Positions 54,901-64,000 of a stretch of 64,000 nucleotides of DNA are shown one piece after another (position 1 is the first letter of the stretch; each line of letters begins with the position of its first letter). The position numbers and the translations under genes are program-made. Origin of the DNA: the human T2T-CHM13v2.0 reference genome, Homo sapiens. Below the pieces are notes generated by a model that had not been told where the DNA came from, did no database searches, and saw nothing but the letters and a program-made list of their open reading frames with translations. Where the stretch lies: NCBI RefSeq assembly GCF_009914755.1, contig NC_060939.1; one strand, written 5' to 3'.

Positions 54901-57900
54901 CATTCCATTCCACTCGTTTCCTTTCCATTCGAGTCCATTCCTCTCCAGTCCATTCCGTTCAATCCATTCCATTCCAGTCCATTCCATTCGAGTCCGTTCC
55001 ATTCCAGTCCAATCCATTCGAGTCAATTCCATCCCATTCAATGTCTTTCCATAACGATCCATTCCATTCTATTCCTTTCGATTCCATTCCATTCTATTTC
55101 ATTCCATTCGATTCCCTTCCATTGGACTCCTTTCCATTCGAGTGCATTCCATTCCGTTCCATTTCTTTCCGTTCTGTACGATTCCTACCGTTCGATTTGA
55201 TTTTGTTCCAGTCCATTCCTTTCGCGTCCATTCCATTCCATTTCACTCCATTCGATTCCATTCCACTCGATTCCACTTCGTTCCATTTCATTGCATTCCA
55301 TTCTATTCAACTCTATTGCCTTCCATTCCATTCCATTCGATTACATTCCATGCGATTCCATTCGAAATCGAATCAATTACATTGCAATCTATTACTATTG
55401 AGTCCATTTTATTCCAGTCCACTGCATTCTGGTCCATTCCATTTGATTCCATTCCATTCTATTCCATTCCATACAGTTGCATTCCATTGGATTCCATTCT
55501 ATATCTATAAATTCAATTCGAGACCATTGCTTTTGAATCCATTCTATATGATTCCATTCCATTCAAGTCCATTACATTTGGTTCAATTACATTCCATTCT
55601 ATTCCCTTCCATTCCATTCCAGTTGATATCAATACATTCGATTCCATTCCATTCGAGCACATTCCATTCGAGTCCATTCCATTCGATGCCATTCCATTTG
55701 ATTCTATTCCATTAGTCTCCATTCAATTCCATTAATCTCCATTCCATTCCATTCTACTCCAACTGATTCCATTCCATTCTATTCCTTTCCATTCCATTTC
55801 ATTCCATTCCATTCCATTCCATTCCATTCCATTCGCTTCCATTCCATTCGTGTCCATTCCACTCCAGTCCATTCCATTCGTGTCCATTCCATTCCAGTCC
55901 ATTCCATTTGTGTCCACTGCATTCCATTCCACTCCATTCCATATTATTCCATTACACTCCATTCCATTCTATTACTTTCATTTCCATTCAATTCCGTTCC
56001 ATTTGATTCCATTCCACTCGGTTTCATTCCATTTGAGTCCACTCCATTCCATTCCATTCCATTCCATTCAGTTCCATTCCATTCTATTCCATTCCATTCC
56101 GTTCCATTGCATTCCATTCCATTCGGTACCATTCCATATTGTTCCATTCGATTCCATTCGAATCCATTCCATTCCAGTCCATTCCATTCGATTCCATTCC
56201 ATTCCTTTCAATTCCATTCCATTCCATTCCATTCCACTTGATTCCACTCCATTCCCTTCCACTGCATTCCATTCGATTCCATTCCATTGCATTGCATTCC
56301 ATTCCATTGGACTGCATTCCATTCGATTCCATTCCATTCGAATCAATTACATAGCAATCCATTACATTTGGGTCTATTCTATTCCGTTCCATTCGATTTC
56401 ATTCCAATCCATTCGATTCCATTCCATACTATTGCATTCCATTCTATTACATTATATTCGAATAAGTTCCATTCAAGACCATTTCTTTTGAGTCCATTCT
56501 ATTTGAGTCCATTCTATTTGAATCCATTCCCTTTGATTCCATAACGTTTGAGTCCATTCAATTCCATTCCTTTCGTTTCCATTCCATTTGATGTCATTCC
56601 ATTCAATTCTGTTCTACTCGACTCCAATACATTCAATTCCATTCCATCCGATTCCATTACATTCTTTTCATTTCTTATCCATTTCAAGCCATTCCACTCC
56701 ATTCCATTCCACTCGTTTCCTTTCCATTCGAGTCCATTCCTCTCCAGTCCATTCCGTTCAATCCATTCCATTCCAGTCCATTCCATTCGAGTCCGTTCCA
56801 TTCCAGTCCATTCCATTCGAGTCAATTCCATTCCATTCGATGTCTTTCCATAACGATCCATTCCATTCTATTCCTTTCGATTCCATTCCATTCTATTTCA
56901 TTCCATTCGATTCCCTTCCATTGGACTCCTTTCCATTCGAGTGCATTCCATTCCGTTCCATTTCTTTCCGTTCTGTACGATTCCTACCGTTCGATTTCAT
57001 TTTGTTCCAGTCCATTCCTTTCGCGTCCATTCCATTCCATTTCACTCCATTCGATTCCATTCCACTCGATTCCACTTCGTTCCATTTCATTGCATTCCAT
57101 TCTATTCAACTCTATTGCCTTCCATTCCATTCCATTCGATTACATTCCATGCGATTCCATTCGAAATCGAATCAATTACATTGCAATCCATTACTATTGA
57201 GTCCGTTTTATTCCAGTCCACTGCATTCTGGTCCATTCCATTTGATTCCATTCCATTCTATTCCATTCCATACAGTTGCATTCCATTGGATTCCATGCTA
57301 TATCTATAAATTCAATTCGAGACCATTGCTTTTGAGTCCATTCTATATGATTCCATTCCATTCAAGTCCATTACATTTGGTTCAATTCCATTCCATTCCA
57401 TTCCCTTCCATTCCATTCCAGTTGATATCAATCCATTCGATTCCATTCCATTCGAGCACATTCCATTCGAGTCCATTCCATTCGATGCCATTCCATTTGA
57501 TTCTATTCCATTAGTCTCCATTCAATTCCATTAATCTCCATTCCATTCCATTCTACTCCAACTGATTCCATTCCATTCTATTCCTTTCCATTCCATTTCA
57601 TTCCATTCCATTCCATTTCATTCCATTCCATTCCATTCGTGTCCATTCCACTCCAGTCCATTCCATTCGTGTCCATTCCATTCCAGTCCATTCCATTTGT
57701 GTCCACTGCATTCCATTCCACTCCATTCCATATTATTCCATTACACTCCATTCCATTCTATTACTTTCATTTCCATTCAATTCCATTCCGTTTGATTCCA
57801 TTCCACTCGGTTTCATTCCATTTGAGTCCACTCCATTCCATTCCATTCCATTCCATTCCATTCCATTCAGTTCCATTCCATTCTGTTCCATTCCATCCCG

Positions 57901-60900
57901 TTCCATTACATTCCATTCCATTCGGTACCATTCCATATTGTTCCATTCGATTCCATTCGAATCCATTCCATTCCAGTCCATTCCATTCGATTCCATTCCA
58001 TTCATTTCAATTCCATTCCATTCCATTACATTACATTCCACTTGATTCCTCTCCATTCCCTTCCACTGCATTCCGTTCGATTCCATTCCATTGCATTGCA
58101 TTCCATTCCATTGGATTGCATTCCATTCGATTCCATTCCATTCGAATCAATTACATAGCAATCCATTACATTCGAGTCTATTCTATTCCGTTCCATTCGA
58201 TTTCGTTCCAATCCATTCGATTCCATTCCATTCGATTCCATTCCATACTATTGCATTCCATTCTATTACATTATATTCGAATAAGTTCCATTCAAGACCA
58301 TTTCTTTTGAGTCCATTCTATTTGAGTCCATTCCCTTTGATTCCATAACATTTGAGTCCATTCAATTCCATTCCTTTCGTTTCCATTCCATTTGATGCCA
58401 TTCCACTCAATTCTGTTCTACTCGACTCCAATACATTCAATTGCATTCCATCCGATTCCATTACATTCTTTTCATTTCTTATCCATTTCAAGCCATTCCA
58501 CTCCATTCCATTCCACTCGTTTCCTTTCCATTCGAGTCCATTCCTCTCCAGTCCATTCCGTTCAATCCATTCCATTCCAGTTCATTCCATTCGAGTCCGT
58601 TCCATTCCAGTCCTCTCTATTCGAGTCAATTCCATCCCATTCGATGTCTTTCCATAACGATCCATTCCATTCTATTCCTTTCGATTCCATTCCATTCTAT
58701 TTCATTCAATTCGATTCCCTTCCATTGGACTCCTTTCCATTCGAGTGCATTCCATTCCGTTCCATTTCTTACCGTTCTGTACGATTCCTACCATTCGATT
58801 TCATTTTGTTCCAGTCCATTCCTTTCGCGTCCATTCCATTCCATTTCACTCCATTCGATTCCATTCCACTCGATTCCACTTCGTTCCATTTCATTGCATT
58901 CCATTCTATTCAACTCTATTGCCTTCCATTCCATTCCATTCGATTACATTCCATGCGATTCCGTTCGAAATCGAATCAATTACATTGCAATCCATTACTA
59001 TTGAGTCCATTTTATTCCAGTCCACTGCATTCTGGTCCATTCCATTTGATTCCATTCCATTCTATTCCATTCCATACAGTTGCATTCCATTGGATTCCAT
59101 TCTATATCTATAAATTCAATTCGAGACCATTGCTTTTGAATCCATTCTATATGATTCCATTCCATTCAAGTCCATTACATTTGGTTCAATTCCATTCCAT
59201 TCCATTCCCTTCCATTCCATTCCAGTTGATATCAATCCATTCGATTCCATTCCATTCGAGCACATTCCATTCGAGTCCATTCCATTCGATGCCATTCCAT
59301 TTGATTCTATTCCATTAGTCTCCATTCAATTCCATTAATCTCCATTCCATTCCATTCTACTCCAACTGATTCGATTCCATTCTATTCCTTTCCATTCCAT
59401 TTCATTCCATTCCATTCCATTTCATTCCATTCCATTCCATTCGCTTCCATTCCATTCGTGTCCATTCCACTCCAGTCCATTCCATTCGTGTCCATTCCAT
59501 TCCAGTCCATTCCATTTGTGTCCACTGCATTCCATTCCACTCCATTCCATATTATTCCATTACACTCCATTCCATTCTATTACTTTCATTTCCATTCAAT
59601 TCCATTCCATTTGATTCCATTCCACTCGGTTTCATTCCATTTGAGTCCACTCCATTGCATTCCATTCCATTCCATTCAGTTCCATTCCATTCTGTTCCAT
59701 TCCATTCCGTTCCATTGCATTCCATTCCATTCGGTACCATTCCATATTGTTCCATTCGATTCCATTCGAATCCATTCCATTCCAGTCCATTCCATTCGAT
59801 TCCATTCCATTCCTTTCAATTCCATTCCATTCCATTCCATTCCACTTGATTCCACTCCATTCCCTTCCACTGCATTCCATTCGATTCCATTCCATTGCAT
59901 TGCATTCCATTCCATTGGACTGCATTCCATTCGATTCCATTCCATTCGAATCAATTACATAGCAATCCATTACATTCGAGTCTATTCTATTCCGTTCCAT
60001 TCGATTTCATTCCAATCCATTCGATTCCATTCCATTCGATTCCATTCCATACTATTGCATTCCATTCTATTACATTATATTCGAATAAGTTCCATTCAAG
60101 ACCATTTCTTTTGAGTCCATTCTATTTGAGTCCATTCCCTTTGATTCCATAACATTTGAGTCCATTCAATTCCATTCCTTTCGTTTCCATTCCATTTGAT
60201 GCCATTCCACTCAATTCTGTTCTACTCGACTCCAATACATTCAATTCCATTCCATCCGATTCCATTACATTCTTTTCATTTCTTATCCATTTCAAGCCAT
60301 TCCACTCCATTCCATTCCACTCGTTTCCTTTCCATTCGAGTCCATTCCTCTCCAGTCCATTCCGTTCAATCCATTCCATTCCAGTCCATTCCATTCGAGT
60401 CCATTCCATTCCAGTCCATTCCATTCGAGTCAATTCCATTCCATTCGATGTCTTTCCATAACGATCCATTCCATTCTATTCCTTTCGATTCCATTCCATT
60501 CTATTTCATTCCATTCGATTCCCTTCCATTGGACTCCTTTCCATTCGAGTGCATTCCATTCCGTTCCATTTCTTTCCGTTCTGTACGATTCTTACCGTTC
60601 GATTTCATTTTGTTCCAGTCCATTCCTTTCGCGTCCATTCCATTCCATTTCACTCCATTCGATTCCATTCCACTCGATTCCACTTCGTTCCATTTCATTG
60701 CATTCCATTCTATTCAACTCTATTGCCTTCCATTCCATTCCATTCGATTACATTCCATGCGATTGCATTCGAAATAGAATCAATTACATTGCAATCCATT
60801 ACTATTGAGTCCGTTTTATTCCAGTCCACTGCATTCTGGTCCATTCCATTTGATTCCATTCCATTCTATTCCATTCCATACAGTTGCATTCCATTGGATT

Positions 60901-63900
60901 CCATGCTATATCTATAAATTCAATTCGAGACCATTGCTTTTGAGTCCATTCTATATGATTCCATTCCATTCAAGTCCATTACATTTGGTTCAATTCCATT
61001 CCATTTCAGTTGATATCAATCCATTCGATTCCATTCCATTCGAGCACATTCCATTCGAGTCCATTCCATTCGATGCCATTCCATTTGATTCTATGCCATT
61101 AGTCTCCATTCAATTCCATTAATCTCCATTCCATTCCATTCTACTCCAACTGATTCCATTCCATTCTATTCCTTTCCATTCCATTTCATTCCATTCCATT
61201 CCATTTCATTCCATTCCATTCCATTCGTGTCCATTCCACTCCAGTCCATTCCATTCGTGTCCATTCCATTCCAGTCCATTCCATTTGTGTCCACTGCATT
61301 CCGTTCCACTCCATTCCATATTATTCCATTACACTCCATTCCATTCTATTACTTTCATTTCCATTCAATTCCATTCCATTTGATTCCATTCCACTCGGTT
61401 TCATTCCATTTGAGTCCACTCCATTCCATTCCATTCCATTCCATTCCATTCAGTTCCATTCCATTCTGTTCCATTCCATTGCGTTCCATTACATTCCATT
61501 CCATTCGGTACCATTCCATATTGTTCCATTCGATTCCATTCGAATCCATTCCATTCCAGTCCATTCCATTCGATTCCATTCCATTCATTTCAATTCCATT
61601 CCATTCCATTCCATTACATTCCACTTGATTCCTCTCCATTCCCTTCCACTGCATTCCGTTCGATTCCATTCCATTGCATTGCATTCCATTCCATTGGATT
61701 GCATTCAATTCGATTCCATTCCATTCGAATCAATTACCTAGCAATCCATTACATTCGAGTCTATTCTATTCCGTTCCATTCGATTTCGTTCCAATCCATT
61801 CGATTCCATTCCATTCGATTCCATTCCATACTATTGCATTCCATTCTATTACATTATATTCGAATAAGTTCCATTCAAGACCATTTCTTTTGAGTCCATT
61901 CTATTTGAGTCCATTCCCTTTGATTCCATAACATTTGAGTCCATTCAATTCCATTCCTTTCGTTTCCATTCCATTTGATGCCATTCCACTCAATTCTGTT
62001 CTACTCGACTCCAATACATTCAATTGCATTCCATCCGATTCCATTACATTCTTTTCATTTCTTATCCATTTCAAGCCATTCCACTCCATTCCATTCCACT
62101 CGTTTCCTTTCCATTCGAGTCCATTCCTCTCCAGTCCATTCCGTTCAATCCATTCCATTCCAGTTCATTCCATTCGAGTCCGTTCCATTCCAGTCCTCTC
62201 TATTCGAGTCAATTCCATCCCATTCGATGTCTTTCCATAACGATCCATTCCATTCTATTCCTTTCGATTCCATTCCATTCTATTTCATTCAATTCGATTC
62301 CCTTCCATTGGACTCCTTTCCATTCGAGTGCATTCCATTCCGTTCCATTTCTTACCGTTCTGTACGATTCCTACCGTTCGATTTCATTTTGTTCCAGTCC
62401 ATTCCTTTCGCGTCCATTCCATTCCATTTCACTCCATTCGATTCCATTCCACTCGATTCCACTTCGTTCCATTTCATTGCATTCCATTCTATTCAACTCT
62501 ATTGCCTTCCATTCCATTCCATTCGATTACATTCCATGCGATTCCGTTCGAAATCGAATCAATTACATTGCAATCCATTACTATTGAGTCCATTTTATTC
62601 CAGTCCACTGCATTCTGGTCCATTCCATTTGATTCCATTCCATTCTATTCCATTCCATACAGTTGCATTCCATTGGATTCCATTCTATATCTATAAATTC
62701 AATTCGAGACCATTGCTTTTGAATCCATTCTATATGATTCCATTCCATTCAAGTCCATTACATTTGGTTCAATTCCATTCCATTCCATTCCCTTCCATTC
62801 CATTCCAGTTGATATCAATCCATTCGATTCCATTCCATTCGAGCACATTCCATTCGAGTCCATTCCATTCGATGCCATTCCATTTGATTCTATTCCATTA
62901 GTCTCCATTCAATTCCATTAATCTCCATTCCATTCCATTCTACTCCAACTGATTCGATTCCATTCTATTCCTTTCCATTCCATTTCATTCCATTCCATTC
63001 CATTTCATTCCATTCCATTCCATTCGCTTCCATTCCATTCGTGTCCATTCCACTCCAGTCCATTCCATTCGTGTCCATTCCATTCCAGTCCATTCCATTT
63101 GTGTCCACTGCATTCCATTCCACTCCATTCCATATTATTCCATTACACTCCATTCCATTCTATTACTTTCATTTCCATTCAATTCCATTCCATTTGATTC
63201 CATTCCACTCGGTTTCATTCCATTTGAGTCCACTCCATTCCATTCCATTCCATTCCATGCAGTTCCATTCCATTCTGTTCCATTCCATTCCGTTCCATTG
63301 CATTCCATTCCATTCGGTACCATTCCATATTGTTCCATTCGATTCCATTCGAATCCATTCCATTCCAGTCCATTCCATTCGATTCCATTCCATTCCATTC
63401 AATTCCATTCCATTCCATTCCATTCCACTTGATTCCACTCCATTCCCTTCCACTGCATTCCATTCGATTCCATTCCATTGCATTGCATTCCATTCCATTG
63501 GACTGCATTCCATTCGATTCCATTCCATTCGAATCAATTACATAGCAATCCATTACATTCGAATCTATTCTATTCCGTTCCATTCGATTTCATTCCAATC
63601 CATTCGATTCCATTCCATTCGATTCCATTCCATACTATTGCATTCCATTCTATTACATTATATTCGAATAAGTTCCATTCAAGACCATTTCTTTTGAGTC
63701 CATTCTATTTGAGTCCATTCCCTTTGATTCCATAACATTTGAGTCCATTCAATTCCATTCCTTTCGTTTCCATTCCATTTGATGCCATTCCACTCAATTA
63801 TGTTCTACTCGACTCCAATACATTCAATTCCATTCCATCCGATTCCATTACATTCTTTTCATTTCTTATCCATTTCAAGCCATTCCACTCCATTCCATTC

Positions 63901-64000
63901 CACTCGTTTCCTTTCCATTCGAGTCCATTCCTCTCCAGTCCATTCCGTTCAATCCATTCCATTCCAGTCCATTCCATTCGAGTCCGTTCCATTCCAGTCC
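46000..64000 (+). repeat. Distal, more diverged domain with a ~3.6-kb alternating dimer
   Basis: The GGACTGC/TCCTTTCAAT-type unit mostly alternates with the standard unit. The units at 58352 and 61935 (3583 bp apart) share private variants such as CAGTCCTCTCTATTCGAG and CAATTGCATTCC. Confidence 0.75.

Larger units (their letters stand above)
891..63740 (+). repeat. ~1.8-kb nested tandem (higher-order) unit, about 36 copies; probable D15Z1/HSat3A5-type 1.8-kb KpnI repeat of chr15p
   Basis: The landmark TTGAGTCCATTCAATTCC recurs at 1319, 3113, 4952, 6716, 8510, 10299, 12068, 13842, 15636, 17430, 19224, 20973, 22743, 24502, 26296, 28055, 29849, 31608, 33367, 35126, 36925, 38719, 40478, 42202, 43981, 45775, 47574, 49363, 51152, 52955, 54749, 56548, 58352, 60156, 61935 and ~63739 (modal spacing 1794). 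KpnI GGTACC occurs about once per unit (891, 2685, ...). The period is seen directly; the chromosome 15 identity is inferred from the known 1.8-kb KpnI satellite III. Confidence 0.8.
1..64000 (+). repeat. Human Satellite III (HSat3) array of diverged (CATTC)n/(GGAAT)n pentamers, one orientation throughout
   Basis: CATTC/ATTCC pentamers and their variants (GATTC, GAGTC, CAGTC, CATTT, CACTC) fill every line from base 1 to 64000. There are long pure (CATTC)n runs, unlike the ~23-26 bp CATTCGATTC-dominated consensus of HSat2. No non-satellite sequence is present. Confidence 0.98.

Noticed and set aside
1-64000. CRISPR-like or diversity-generating array
   Set aside because: There are no unique spacers: the intervening sequence is the same satellite in every unit. 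No cas, reverse transcriptase or recombinase genes are present.
1-64000. HSat2, alpha satellite or DYZ1 identity
   Set aside because: Long pure CATTC runs and the absence of the HSat2 ATGATG-type consensus argue against HSat2. There is no 171-bp monomer or CENP-B box. The basic period is 1.8 kb rather than ~3.56 kb.
1-64000. Transposon insertion or strand inversion
   Set aside because: No Alu, L1 or LTR sequence, poly(A) tail or switch to GGAAT on the + strand was seen, and unit spacings leave no room for an insertion above ~75 bp.

Overview
The whole 64 kb window is one uninterrupted, single-orientation array of human Satellite III (HSat3). It is built from diverged (CATTC)n pentamers on the + strand, i.e. 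(GGAAT)n on the - strand. The pentamers are organised into about 36 near-identical nested tandem units of about 1.8 kb (modal length 1794 bp, range 1724-1839 bp). Each unit normally has one KpnI site (GGTACC) and one EcoRV site (GATATC). A 1.8-kb KpnI Satellite III unit matches the described chromosome 15p heterochromatin repeat D15Z1 (HSat3A5 class); that assignment is inferred from unit size and sites, not from an alignment. I see no genes, RNA genes, transposons, CRISPR arrays or inversions. Every listed ORF is a translation artefact of the pentamer (IPFHS/MEWNG repeats). I found no credible new gene system. The interest lies in array architecture: a 5 -> 15 -> 30 bp hierarchy, a cryptic ancient two-halves structure inside the unit (965 + 829 bp), local super-periods (5.4, 8.9, 3.55 and 3.58 kb), sharply bounded variant domains, and mosaic or recombinant units.
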